Positions 35,928 to 45,866 of a stretch of DNA of 64,000 nt are shown piece by piece. Positions within the stretch are counted from its first letter, which is position 1, and each line of letters starts with the position of its first letter. The translations under genes were made by a program, and so were the position numbers. The notes beneath the pieces are model-generated. The model saw only the letters and a list, made by a program, of their open reading frames with translations. It was not told where the DNA came from and did not search any database. The DNA comes from Cyanobacteria bacterium auto_48_18 (GTDB lineage: Bacteria > Cyanobacteriota > Vampirovibrionia > Obscuribacterales > Obscuribacteraceae): positions 192,001 through 256,000 of the forward strand of contig JAVHQC010000033.1 in assembly GCA_036170915.1 (NCBI GenBank). Reading direction: 5' to 3'.

Positions 35928-36689
35928 ATGTCATCAAAACAAAATTCTCTGCGGCTTTTGCAAGCGGCAATGAAAGATCGCAAAGATCCAATTTCATTTT
36001 TCATACTTTCAATATTGACCAAACTGGTACTTGCACTTCGCTTTAAGCGTGTCGTACTAGTCGGTCATGAAAATTTACCAGCTAGTGGTGCCTACATTTG
36101 TATTGCCAATCACACTTCCCGTTGGGACGGCCCAACACTTGGCACCGTTGTCAATCGTCCGGCCAACTTCATGGTGTCGCCTAACGAACTTACTGGACTG
36201 CAAGGATTTCTCTTGAGAAAAGTTGGTGCATTTCCAGCTCATCCTAAGCTCGATTTTGTCAGTCATGTGCTTGGGCAATTTAAGAAAGGTGAGCCCCTGG
36301 TAATTTTTCCTGAAGGTAATGTTTTTTATGACGGCCACACTCACCCTTTTAAGAAAGGAATCGCTCGTATTGCCTTTTCAGCTCATCAGCAAAATCTAGA
36401 CGTGCCCATTATTCCTACCGCAATTAGATATCAAAATGGCCAGGCATTTTTTAAATTTGGTACCGCCATTTCAGTAGGCGAATATATTGGCGAATTGGCA
36501 GTCAATGCTGCGGCGGCCAGTAAACGGTTAACTCAATCACTGCACCGCGAGGTCTGTCTCTTGAGTTCTGAACTGGGGTGCCAGGCTGATGGTCGCCAGC
36601 TCGTTAAAGAAGAGTCGAACAATTGTCACTTTTTTCAACCGCATGCCACTGAATGTGATGCAAGCAAGCACACGGTGAGCGTTTCGTAG
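35928..36689 (+). CDS. Lysophospholipid acyltransferase (PlsC family)
   Basis: NHTSRWD (HX4D), IFPEG, FKKGIARIA, VPIIP. AGGAGG RBS before ATG 35928. Confidence 0.85.
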   Translation: MSSKQNSLRLLQAAMKDRKDPISFFILSILTKLVLALRFKRVVLVGHENLPASGAYICIANHTSRWDGPTLGTVVNRPANFMVSPNELTGLQGFLLRKVGAFPAHPKLDFVSHVLGQFKKGEPLVIFPEGNVFYDGHTHPFKKGIARIAFSAHQQNLDVPIIPTAIRYQNGQAFFKFGTAISVGEYIGELAVNAAAASKRLTQSLHREVCLLSSELGCQADGRQLVKEESNNCHFFQPHATECDASKHTVSVS

Positions 36690-36752
36690 GCTGTTTGTAA
36701 ATTGCTGGTGGGGCTGTAATAATGCTAAAGCTTCTCCGTATTTGGAATTAAA

Positions 36753-37562
36753 ATGGCTTTTGAATTATTGCCCAATGCCCACGGCAGCTCGCCCAGCGAG
36801 TTTGTGGCTTTCTTTCCTGATAATTTTGAGGCAATTGAAAATCCACCGCTCTTAGTGTTTCTACATGGTTCAGCGGAGCGTGGTACAGATCCGGGATTAG
36901 TGCTCAAGGGTCTCGATACGGTTTTTCAAGATTTGCAACTACCTGCCCTGGTGATTTTTCCGCAATGTGATTCGCATCATCGCGCTTTTTACGGCGCCAT
37001 GGACAATCGGGTGATGCAGGCTATAAACCAAGTCATTTCTGAGTACGCAGTTGACCCGAGCCGAGTTTACCTGGTGGGCTATTCAATGGGCGGCTCTAGC
37101 AATCTCTGGATGGCCGCTAAACACCCAGGGGCTTTTGCCGGCAATGTTTGTATTGCGCCAGGCATTACTTGGCTTGGCGCGGAACTTCCACCTGGATTGC
37201 CTGATGAAGACAAAGAACTATTCGAAACTATGTTTCTTGCCCCAGATAGGCCCGACGCCATAGCTAGGCGACTGGCTAGCCTGCCGAGCTGGTTTTTGCA
37301 AGGCACAGAAGATTTGCCTTGCCCGATTGACGAAACGCGCGCCGTTGTGAATGGTCTGCGTAAACTTGGCTACACTCCAATTGAAACCGAATATGATGGC
37401 ATGGGACATGACACACTGATCATGGCTTTGCAAGAAGAAGGGCTATTCGACTGGTTATTGAGTCAGAGAAGCAATGCTGTCGCCAGCGATTTTGGTGTTG
37501 GTGTTAGCCATGGTTCTGGTCACAATTCTGATCATGGAACTGGAGAAGACGGTCATGTCTGA
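36753..37562 (+). CDS. Alpha/beta hydrolase (phospholipase/carboxylesterase-like)
   Basis: PLLVFLHGSAERG, RVYLVGYSMGG (nucleophile elbow), GTED, GMGH. Confidence 0.85.
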   Translation: MAFELLPNAHGSSPSEFVAFFPDNFEAIENPPLLVFLHGSAERGTDPGLVLKGLDTVFQDLQLPALVIFPQCDSHHRAFYGAMDNRVMQAINQVISEYAVDPSRVYLVGYSMGGSSNLWMAAKHPGAFAGNVCIAPGITWLGAELPPGLPDEDKELFETMFLAPDRPDAIARRLASLPSWFLQGTEDLPCPIDETRAVVNGLRKLGYTPIETEYDGMGHDTLIMALQEEGLFDWLLSQRSNAVASDFGVGVSHGSGHNSDHGTGEDGHV

Positions 37563-39969
37563 TTTTGAAAAGTTAGGCGTTTTCTATCTTGGTCGAAAGT
37601 TTGACTTAAACAAAGATGATAGCCAGCAAAGCAATACAGAACTGGTGCTCTATGACGCCAAAGACCTGGTCACGCACGCAGTTTGTATTGGTATGACCGG
37701 TAGTGGCAAGACCGGCCTCTGCCTTGGCTTGTTAGAGGAAGCTGCTATCGATGGCATTCCTGTTATTGCCATAGATCCAAAAGGAGATATCGGCAATCTA
37801 CTGCTTACTTTTCCACAATTGCGCGGAGAAGATTTCTTGCCCTGGGTCGACGCTGATGCGGCTAAAAGAAACGCTCAGAGCGTTGAAGAATATGCCACTA
37901 CTCAAGCAAAACTTTGGCACGATGGTCTGGCAAAAAGTGGGCAAGACGGCGAGCGCATAAGCCGATTGAAGGCAAGTTGTGATTTCAATATTTATACTCC
38001 TGGTGCTAGTTCTGGCTTGCCTGTATCAATTCTCAACTCTTTGAAGAAGCCAGACGAAACCATTGCTGAAGATCCTGATTTACTGCGTGAAAAAATTCTT
38101 GCTGCTACAACTTGCATACTTACTTTAGTTGGAATAACCGGCGACCCCTTGCGCAGTCGCGAGCATATTCTCATTGCCACCATTATTGCCGACTGCTGGA
38201 AAAATGGAAGAGATGTGGATTTGTTAGATATGGTCCACTTGATTCAGAAGCCACCAATGAAGCGAGTTGGAGCGCTTGATTTAGAGTCGTTTTATTCGGC
38301 CAAAGAGCGATTTGACCTTTCAATTTCAATCAACAATATTTTTGCCGCACCAGCTTTTGATGCCTGGCTTACCGGAGAACCGCTAGATATCGGCAGCTTT
38401 CTCTGGAACAAAGAAGGCAAACCTAAAGTTTCTATATTTTCAATCGCCCATTTGGGCGACACCGAGAGAATGTTTTTTGTCACCCTACTTTTAAATCAGA
38501 TTTTGGAATGGATGCGCAGTCAATCGGGCACCACCAGTCTGCGTGCGATTTTATACATGGACGAGATATTTGGCTACTTCCCTCCTGTAGCTAATCCGCC
38601 GACGAAAACTCCACTATTGACTCTGCTCAAGCAAGCCCGCGCTTTTGGATTAGGACTGGTACTAGCCACGCAAAACCCTGTGGACCTTGATTACAAAGGT
38701 TTGTCTAATGCTGGTACCTGGTTTATCGGCAGATTGCAAACCGAGCGCGATAAGATGCGGGTAATTGAAGGTCTGCAAAGCGCCTCGCAAGAAGCGGGCG
38801 GCAAGCTCGACGGCAACTCACTTTCAGACGTGCTCGGACGGCTTGGCAATCGTGTCTTTCTCATGAACAATGTACACGAAGACGGCCCTGTCACATTTAA
38901 GACCAGGTATACAATGTCTTACTTGCGCGGGCCGCTCAACCGCAAACAAATAAAAACATTGATGGATCCGATTAAAAAGGCTGTGGCGGCTGAAGTTGAT
39001 AGCAAGGCTGAAACCAAAGCTGCACCAGCAGTAAGTGCTGCTGTCAAATCGTCGCGACCGCCAGTGGTGCCCCCAGAAATTCCGCAATTTTTCATTCCGG
39101 CTGATGTGGCATCGTTTGGTAATCCGCCAGACAAAGTCTACATGCCGTTTTTGTTAGCCTCAGCATCCATCCGTTATGTCGATTCTGGTGCAGAACTTGA
39201 CCATACGGTGGACAAAACTTATTTGATACCAGTAACTGATAATTCAATTCCGGCCGACTGGTCGAAAGCAAAGTCTATAAAGGTAGACATTGCAAAATTG
39301 CCCACATCAGGCGATTCAACTTTCAGATTTGAAGAGCCTGCCTCAGCTTTGACCAAACCTGCTAACTTCAAAATCTGGAACAAAGAGTTCGCAACCTGGC
39401 TTGCCGCCAGCGTGCCCTGCAAAATACTGTCTAGCCCAGCCACTGACGTGACCAGCAAGCCAAATGAAATAGAGCGTGACTTTCGCATTCGCTTGCAACA
39501 ACGTGCTTTTGAAAAACGTGATGAAGCAGTGACAAAGTTGCGTGAAAAATACAACGTACGCATCAAGGCTCTGCAAGAAAGGCTTCGTATAGCCGAGCAA
39601 AAAGTGGCGGCCAAACATGCAGAAGCAAGACAGCACGAACTTAACTCAGCCCTGGCTATTGGCAGTACCGTTCTTGGTGCCTTTATGGGTCGCAAGGCGG
39701 TAAGTACCTCGACCATTAATAAGGCGGCTAGTGCAGCACGCACAATGGGCAGAGCCGCTAAACAAAAAGAAGATGTGGGTCGAGCTGAAGATAATGTGGC
39801 TAATTTAAATGAGCAATTGCAGAGTTTAAGTGCCGAGTTTCAAATTGAGACGCAAGCGATTGCAGCAAAGTTTGATCCGCTCAATGAGAAGCTTGAGATT
39901 GTCTCTGTGCCTGCGAAGAAGACTAATATTGCGGTGAAGTTATTGGGGCTGGCCTGGGTGGTTAGCTGA
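37555..39969 (+). CDS. HerA/DUF87-like P-loop ATPase with a C-terminal coiled coil
   Basis: THAVCIGMTGSGKTG, IDPKGD, LYMDEIFGYFPP, KQARAFG, LATQNPVDLDYK. Start moved to ATG 37555. Confidence 0.8.
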   Translation: MSDFEKLGVFYLGRKFDLNKDDSQQSNTELVLYDAKDLVTHAVCIGMTGSGKTGLCLGLLEEAAIDGIPVIAIDPKGDIGNLLLTFPQLRGEDFLPWVDADAAKRNAQSVEEYATTQAKLWHDGLAKSGQDGERISRLKASCDFNIYTPGASSGLPVSILNSLKKPDETIAEDPDLLREKILAATTCILTLVGITGDPLRSREHILIATIIADCWKNGRDVDLLDMVHLIQKPPMKRVGALDLESFYSAKERFDLSISINNIFAAPAFDAWLTGEPLDIGSFLWNKEGKPKVSIFSIAHLGDTERMFFVTLLLNQILEWMRSQSGTTSLRAILYMDEIFGYFPPVANPPTKTPLLTLLKQARAFGLGLVLATQNPVDLDYKGLSNAGTWFIGRLQTERDKMRVIEGLQSASQEAGGKLDGNSLSDVLGRLGNRVFLMNNVHEDGPVTFKTRYTMSYLRGPLNRKQIKTLMDPIKKAVAAEVDSKAETKAAPAVSAAVKSSRPPVVPPEIPQFFIPADVASFGNPPDKVYMPFLLASASIRYVDSGAELDHTVDKTYLIPVTDNSIPADWSKAKSIKVDIAKLPTSGDSTFRFEEPASALTKPANFKIWNKEFATWLAASVPCKILSSPATDVTSKPNEIERDFRIRLQQRAFEKRDEAVTKLREKYNVRIKALQERLRIAEQKVAAKHAEARQHELNSALAIGSTVLGAFMGRKAVSTSTINKAASAARTMGRAAKQKEDVGRAEDNVANLNEQLQSLSAEFQIETQAIAAKFDPLNEKLEIVSVPAKKTNIAVKLLGLAWVVS

Positions 39970-40049
39970 AGCACAGAAACATACTCGGAACCCGGGCGTC
40001 TTAATTCTTATCGTTAATTTGCAGTCTATATAACCCGAGTGTAGCCACC

Positions 40050-40358
40050 ATGTCAAAGATATCCGCTCCCATAAAAACATGCATTTCTGCCGCTTCGATA
40101 ATGGTTAAACTTGGTGAAAAAGCGCAAGCAGAGGCCTTGTATCGCGCCGCTTATGATGCTGCCAGACGAGGCTGTCCTAAGTCAGATCTCGGATTCGCCC
40201 TAAAAGCACTACTTAATTTCTGTCAGCGGGAGAACGGAATCGATGAGGCTGTTGTGATTGGTGGTCTAACACCCAAGCAGAAGGCAAAGCTACACGAACG
40301 TATCGGCACTTGTAGAGATTCAAGTCTTGAGTCGTCGGATGATAAATTGGCTGCTTAA
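40050..40358 (+). CDS. Hypothetical protein (TPR-like helix pair)
   Basis: 102-aa ORF filling the intergenic space, containing GEKAQAEALYRAA. Confidence 0.45.
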   Translation: MSKISAPIKTCISAASIMVKLGEKAQAEALYRAAYDAARRGCPKSDLGFALKALLNFCQRENGIDEAVVIGGLTPKQKAKLHERIGTCRDSSLESSDDKLAA

Positions 40359-40457
40359 AATTGGCGGTGATTGCCAGTCTGCGTTGTTGCTGACGGCATG
40401 TGCGAAACTATAACGTATACGTTTTGTTTATCGAAAGGGATCGCAGGGTGTGAATGG

Positions 40458-40922
40458 ATGATTGATCGATGGGCGCAACTTACCGAGATTTTAGGCGTAA
40501 CACAACTTCCCAATATCGATCTTCTAAATGAACTGGCGCAAGCTCTGGGAGAAACGCCTAATATCGATTTTACTCATGATCGAATTTGGTTCTACGATTT
40601 TCCCAAGTCTGGCATTTCCTTCAGCTTTGATTCCAAATTAAATACATTCACTTCGCTGACTATTTTCGTATCTTTCGATTCTGAGCACAAGGCTGAGGTT
40701 GGACCTGGCGTACCATACTCCGGTAAGCTTCCCTTCGGAATCGAAAGGTCTGACTCAGCTGAAACACTCGAAGAAAAATTACCGGGTGGTACCAGGGCAG
40801 TGAAAGACTATCGATTTGATGTCGACTTGCGGCCTTTTGAAGTAACGTTCCATCTGAAGAAAATTAACGGCACCCAGGAAAAATTGATTTTGATTTCTGT
40901 GGATTATAGCGGCGGCACCTAA
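40458..40922 (+). CDS. Hypothetical protein, possibly an immunity-protein-like family
   Basis: YDFPKSGISFSF...YSGKLPFGI..SDS...LEEKL resembles DUF6392-like small immunity proteins. Start moved to ATG 40458. Confidence 0.4.
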   Translation: MIDRWAQLTEILGVTQLPNIDLLNELAQALGETPNIDFTHDRIWFYDFPKSGISFSFDSKLNTFTSLTIFVSFDSEHKAEVGPGVPYSGKLPFGIERSDSAETLEEKLPGGTRAVKDYRFDVDLRPFEVTFHLKKINGTQEKLILISVDYSGGT

Positions 40923-41410
40923 CTTTGAGCCTCGGTCAATCCACGATGAAATGAAATCCCCTCTCGGCTTTCGAGCCCTAAGTGCTGTGTTTTAATTCGT
41001 GCAGGTAGTCGCCTCACATATTGCTTGAAACCAATCGAAGATAATCTGATTTCTCCCTGTGGGCAATCAATTAGCCAAGACCATTCCACGTCTTGTTGAA
41101 TATGTTTGAAGTTTATTGGTTTAACAGGATTGGTCCTTGTTAAATTCGTTATCTCAAGCCTGCAATCAGCCGATCCGATATCGAACTCTAAGGTGTGCAC
41201 GTTTTCAAAAACGAGTGTGCAAGGCGAAACATAAGAATCGTAGAAACCGTCGTTTCCTGTCGCAGTATCAAAGATATAGTCTATATCTAGCAGCAGCTCA
41301 GAAGTTTCAGGCAACATTGAGACTGCGTAAATTCGCCCATCATGCCAGCCCATCTGATCGTAGTCAGCATCCGTCCAAATAAGTTTATCGAGTTCGAAGG
41401 CGTCAGTCAT
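40919..41410 (-). CDS. Conserved hypothetical protein
   Basis: TDADYDQMGWHD..I, LLLDIDYI, VSPCTLVFENV. Start moved to ATG 41410. Confidence 0.55.
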   Translation of the reverse strand: MTDAFELDKLIWTDADYDQMGWHDGRIYAVSMLPETSELLLDIDYIFDTATGNDGFYDSYVSPCTLVFENVHTLEFDIGSADCRLEITNLTRTNPVKPINFKHIQQDVEWSWLIDCPQGEIRLSSIGFKQYVRRLPARIKTQHLGLESREGISFHRGLTEAQS

Positions 41411-41515
41411 ATTTTGTGCAATCCCTGATGCAACTAGTCTTCCCTTCTTATTCACCAACTTAACCGTGCACGTTTCAGTTTTCAGAACAGACCACCGCAT
41501 GTATCAATGCTCTGT

Positions 41516-42670
41516 TCACAAACAATGAACTCCGCCTTCTTGATTAACCAGCGCGCGATAAAGCATCTCATAACGCGGCACAATAAGCTCCGCCGAAAAA
41601 TTTCTCTCTGCGCGTAGTCGCCCAGCTGAGCCCATTTTAGCTCGCAAGGCACTATCGCTAATTAACTTTTCGGCAGCGCGAGCCAGGCCGTTGACGTCAC
41701 CAAAGGGAAGCAGAAATCCGGTTTCATTATCGACAACAACTTCAGGTATGCCACCAACTGCAAAAGCGACACTGGGGCAATCGAAAAACATGCCTTCAAG
41801 AATGCTCAAGCAAAAACTCTCGCTTTCAGAGGTGAATAAAGTCATGTCGGCAGCTTGCAAATATTCTTCTACTTCGAGTACATTTTCTCGGATAATTATA
41901 TTGTTGCTGAGGCCCAGCCGCTCTGCTTCATCTTCAAAATCAGAAAAGTTACCACCAGCTAAAATTACTAATTTGAATGAGTCTCGCGGCTTGATGCGCG
42001 CTATGGCTTCAAGTAATAAATCTATTCGTTTGACGGGTCGCAAATTGGAAGAATGCAAAATCATCACTTCTTCACCAATGCCTAGTTCTCGCCGTGTCTC
42101 TTCTCTTGAATGTTTGGGTGGGTCGGCTTCGAAGAAATTGTGAATTACTTCCATTGGTCCGTCGAAACCAAGCACCTTTTCGCTCTCTGTTTTAAGGTAG
42201 GAAGAGACTGTAGTGACAGCGTCAGATTGAGTTAATGCGTGGTGAATAGCTGGTCCGTAACCGGGATCTCGTCCGAGTAGAGTGGTGTCGGTGCCGTGCA
42301 GTGTGGTGACAACTTTGGGAAGTTGGTCAGGTCGCAACATGCAGCGAGCAAGAATTGCAGCGGTTGCATGGGGCACCGCGTAATGCACGTGCATAATGTC
42401 GAGATTGTGATTACGGCTCACTTCTGCCATTTTTACAGACAACGGCAGGGTGTAATCAGGATATTTAAAGAGGCCGTAGTCGTTCACGGCAACCTGGTGA
42501 AAGTAAATGCGAGGAGTTTTAGCTGCCAGACGAAAGGGCCGCTCGTAAGAGATAAAATGCACTTCGTGACCACGTTGGGCAAGCTCCCGGCCAAGTGTGG
42601 TGGCAATTACTCCGCTGCCGCCAACTGACGGGTAACAGGTAATGCCAATTTTGAGTAAATCGTCTGCCAT
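41516..42670 (-). CDS. bshA: N-acetyl-alpha-D-glucosaminyl L-malate synthase (GT4)
   Basis: KIGITCYPSVGGSGVIAT.LG, HVHYAVPHA, TTLHGTD, SNLRPVKR, ESF, GGIPEVV are BshA signatures. Confidence 0.88.
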   Translation of the reverse strand: MADDLLKIGITCYPSVGGSGVIATTLGRELAQRGHEVHFISYERPFRLAAKTPRIYFHQVAVNDYGLFKYPDYTLPLSVKMAEVSRNHNLDIMHVHYAVPHATAAILARCMLRPDQLPKVVTTLHGTDTTLLGRDPGYGPAIHHALTQSDAVTTVSSYLKTESEKVLGFDGPMEVIHNFFEADPPKHSREETRRELGIGEEVMILHSSNLRPVKRIDLLLEAIARIKPRDSFKLVILAGGNFSDFEDEAERLGLSNNIIIRENVLEVEEYLQAADMTLFTSESESFCLSILEGMFFDCPSVAFAVGGIPEVVVDNETGFLLPFGDVNGLARAAEKLISDSALRAKMGSAGRLRAERNFSAELIVPRYEMLYRALVNQEGGVHCL

Positions 42671-42671
42671 G

Positions 42672-43433
42672 CTAAAAATTCCGTGCTCCCTTGCCTGCTT
42701 GTGTCAGCGACTTATAAACCAGCGGCTCATTTGGGTAAAGCGCAATGGCATATTCGATACCAGCTCGCGCACCAAGTAGTCGCGCTCGTGTCATTTGCAA
42801 ATCGATATAATTGCGAGTGGCGCTTTGTGAACCATGCGCTTGCATGGCAGCCGTCCAAGTAGAAATAATTTCTGGTGACGACACGTCAATATAAATTGGC
42901 GTGGTATCTCTTGGCTCGCCATCAGGAGTGACCGTATAGAAAAACAATTGTTCAATGTTATGGGCGGCTTGGTCAATCAGTTCTTTTAATCCGGCGTAGC
43001 GAGCCAGGCGTGAAGCATCTCGCACCAGTTGACCTAACCGTGCATGATCACTGTGTTGGTTTTCCACTGGCGTTGGGGCCATCACAGTTGTTGGCTTGAA
43101 GCGCCTGATCAACTCAGCAAGTTTGATAGCGTGAGCGGCTCGTACTTCCAGGTGCGCGTCACCATCCAGTTCGATAAATTCAATTGTTGCCCCAAGTATT
43201 TTTGCGGCAGTGGTGGCTTCTTGGGTGCGTTCTTCTGAGCTGCCGTTTGTAGCAGCTTCCCCACGAGAAGTCACAACAAAGTGCACCTTGCGGCCGGCGC
43301 TTGTTTCTAAGGCGACAACTCCACCGCAGCCGAACTCAATGTCGTCGGGATGGGCGCCAAAAACTAAAATAGAATTGCTGGTTTTATCAGAGAAGTTCAG
43401 TGTAGGCCTCATCAGATCGGTCAATGGTATCAC
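42672..43433 (-). CDS. bshB1: PIG-L family deacetylase, BshB1-like
   Basis: FGAHPDDIEFGCGG, GEAATNG, ERTQEA, HSDH. Adjacent to bshA. Alternative start at ATG 43412. Confidence 0.78.
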   Translation of the reverse strand: MIPLTDLMRPTLNFSDKTSNSILVFGAHPDDIEFGCGGVVALETSAGRKVHFVVTSRGEAATNGSSEERTQEATTAAKILGATIEFIELDGDAHLEVRAAHAIKLAELIRRFKPTTVMAPTPVENQHSDHARLGQLVRDASRLARYAGLKELIDQAAHNIEQLFFYTVTPDGEPRDTTPIYIDVSSPEIISTWTAAMQAHGSQSATRNYIDLQMTRARLLGARAGIEYAIALYPNEPLVYKSLTQAGKGARNF

Positions 43434-44157
43434 GGGTCAAATAATTGATCTCGGGCGCGTCAGCGTGATTTAAATAGGCTTGTTCGCCCACTCCGGCAAC
43501 ATAATGAGTGCAGTGTAGTACAGATTGCATCCAACCGAGACGACTATCTCGCGTGGGACTGATTTGTCTTTTAGCGAAAGGAGTTAGTGGAACGTCAGTA
43601 AATTGGTCGCCCCCGTCGTGCAATTTAAAGGCTCCATCTATATAACGAGCGCGCACGGTTTCGTTTTCGTATGGCACATCAACAAAGAAATCGGTAATGT
43701 CCACAGCCGACTGCCGCATTGCCGGGTCGCTCGAACGCACTACCCTTATTCCTTCCAGTAAACCCATTTTGTTATACATCTGCAGGCAAAAATCACTGAT
43801 GGTCGAAGCTGATGTGTCCTTAAAAAGATTGATTAATGCATGGTCAACATAGTTGGGTAACTGAGAAATTGTTTTTTCTTGCCAGCCATCCACAATTCTT
43901 TTGAGATAGAGCGGCGAAAATTTGCGCTGTATTTTATTCTCGAAAGCAAAGTTTAGTTGCGCCGGCACACTGGTGGTGCGGTGCGGCAAGATGGTTCTGG
44001 TTTCTCTAGGGTCATGGTCACTATCGTGATAAAAGAAAACGATTTCGCCGCCTATTTCACTTTGCACACGCCTGGCCGCGGTAATTTTTGCCACCAGAAA
44101 GCGCTTAGGGAAAAATCCACAAGGTTGCTGACCGAAACAAATGACGGGAGAGCTCAT
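43387..44157 (-). CDS. Compact BshC-like protein (putative cysteine ligase core, 256 aa)
   Basis: FGQQP...K..AA...IVFFYHDSDHD and YVAGVGEQAY resemble BshC motifs (GQQ, VFW.ASEDHD, GGPGE.AY). Sits directly upstream of bshB1-bshA. TGATG overlap at 44157. Confidence 0.55.
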   Translation of the reverse strand: MSSPVICFGQQPCGFFPKRFLVAKITAARRVQSEIGGEIVFFYHDSDHDPRETRTILPHRTTSVPAQLNFAFENKIQRKFSPLYLKRIVDGWQEKTISQLPNYVDHALINLFKDTSASTISDFCLQMYNKMGLLEGIRVVRSSDPAMRQSAVDITDFFVDVPYENETVRARYIDGAFKLHDGGDQFTDVPLTPFAKRQISPTRDSRLGWMQSVLHCTHYVAGVGEQAYLNHADAPEINYLTRDTIDRSDEAYTELL

Positions 44158-45866
44158 CAGGCGTACTCCTTTGCTGTTTTCTGCTGATTGCTTATCAGCG
44201 TCTGTAAAATCAGACTGAAGCATATGCAAGCCACACAGCCGATTAGTGGATACCAGAGATAGGAGATTGTCAAATTGAAGTACATTGTGAAGACAAGCAT
44301 TTGTGCCGTCAGAGCCGCCCAGAAGATAGCACTGCCCTTAACTCGCTTGATGAAGAATCCCACTAGAAATAGGCCGAGCATTACGCCGTAGAAAATTGAG
44401 CCAAGAATATTCACTGCTTGAATCAGATTTTCAGCCAGATTTGCGCATAAAGCGAAGCCGATGGCTACAAATCCCCACAACGCAGTGAACCATTTTGTGG
44501 CAGTGAGCGACTGGGCATCTGTGGCATCTTTTCTGTACAGGTGCCGATAAAAATCGATGGTGCTGCAGGTGCCGAGAGCGTTTAGCTCTGCGGCTTTAGA
44601 GGCTAAGGCAGCGGCAAAGAATGCTGCCATGAGCAAGCCGATTACTCCGTGAGGTAATTCACGCAATATAAATGTGATGAACACGTAATCAGCATCGTTG
44701 GCTTTTGCATCCGGATTAATACGCGCTAGTTCTTTTGTGGCAGCAGTGCGAACAATTTCTGCTTTTTGCTCTGCTGCCGCGGCAGCAACAAATGCTGCGG
44801 TAGCGGCCTCTTTGTTGCCGTTACGCCGTGCTTGCAGCCACGAGCCTAAATGACTTCTTGCCTGGCTGCGGGCAACACTAAAATCATTTTGATAAGAGGT
44901 CATTGTCGGATTATTTTTGTGGGTTTCCAGAAAACGATTGGCGGTGGCATCGAAAAATAATGGTGGTGCTTGAAACTGATAGAAAACAAACATCAGCACT
45001 CCAATAGAAAGAATGCTAAATTGCATGGGAATTTTGCAAACAGCGTTGAACAAGAGCCCGAGCCGACTTTCGCGAATTGAAGACCCTGAGATGTAACGTT
45101 GCACTTGTGATTGATCGGTGCCGAAATAGGAGAGCATGAGAAAGGTTCCGCCTAAAAGTCCTGACCAGAATGTGTAGCGTTCATTCACATTGGTAGAAAA
45201 ATTGACGGCATTGAGCTTGTGAAAACCACCAGCGATATCAACTGTGTCGCTTAAGCTGAGACCAGGTGGAAGTTTAGCGATTAACATGCAAGCAGCAGTA
45301 ATCATGCCGATGAAGATAATACCCAGCTGGTATTTTTGCGTCACCGTAACGGCGTCGCTGCCTCCCATGACGGTGTAAATAATGACAATTACTCCTGAGA
45401 CAATAATGGTCAAATTCAGTGGCCAACCGCAAACACTGGTAAGCACTATGGCCGGTGCATATATTGTCAAGCCCGCACCCAAGCCTCGCTGCAGCAGGAA
45501 AAGACCCGCTCCAAGCAGTCGTGTTTTGCTGTCGAATCGGTTTTCTAAAAATTCGTAGGCGGTATAGACATTTAGTTTTTGGAAGTTTGGCAGAAAGAAA
45601 ATGGCGATGATGATCAGAGCGATTGGTACACCAAAATACACTTGAATAAAACTGAGCCCACCAAGATAGCCTTGGCCGGGAGTTGACAGAAAAGTAATTG
45701 CACTGGCTTGAGTAGCCATTACCGAGAGGCCAATGGCGAACCAGGGTGTTTGTCCACTACCTTTTAAGTATGCTTTTAAATCGCGCTTCTGCCTCGTGCT
45801 CCAGACGCCGTAGATGGCAATACTAAGTATCGAGACAACTAGCACCACCAGATCTAACGTGTTCAT
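44157..45866 (-). CDS. Sodium:solute symporter (SSS family)
   Basis: GLSVMATQASAITFLSTPGQGY, YTAYEFLENRFD, SYFGTDQSQVQRY, many TM helices. Start moved to ATG 45866. Confidence 0.9.
   Translation of the reverse strand: MNTLDLVVLVVSILSIAIYGVWSTRQKRDLKAYLKGSGQTPWFAIGLSVMATQASAITFLSTPGQGYLGGLSFIQVYFGVPIALIIIAIFFLPNFQKLNVYTAYEFLENRFDSKTRLLGAGLFLLQRGLGAGLTIYAPAIVLTSVCGWPLNLTIIVSGVIVIIYTVMGGSDAVTVTQKYQLGIIFIGMITAACMLIAKLPPGLSLSDTVDIAGGFHKLNAVNFSTNVNERYTFWSGLLGGTFLMLSYFGTDQSQVQRYISGSSIRESRLGLLFNAVCKIPMQFSILSIGVLMFVFYQFQAPPLFFDATANRFLETHKNNPTMTSYQNDFSVARSQARSHLGSWLQARRNGNKEAATAAFVAAAAAEQKAEIVRTAATKELARINPDAKANDADYVFITFILRELPHGVIGLLMAAFFAAALASKAAELNALGTCSTIDFYRHLYRKDATDAQSLTATKWFTALWGFVAIGFALCANLAENLIQAVNILGSIFYGVMLGLFLVGFFIKRVKGSAIFWAALTAQMLVFTMYFNLTISYLWYPLIGCVACICFSLILQTLISNQQKTAKEYA

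Noticed and set aside
37555..39969. HerA-based anti-phage defence system
   Set aside because: No nuclease, Sir2 or other effector partner is adjacent.
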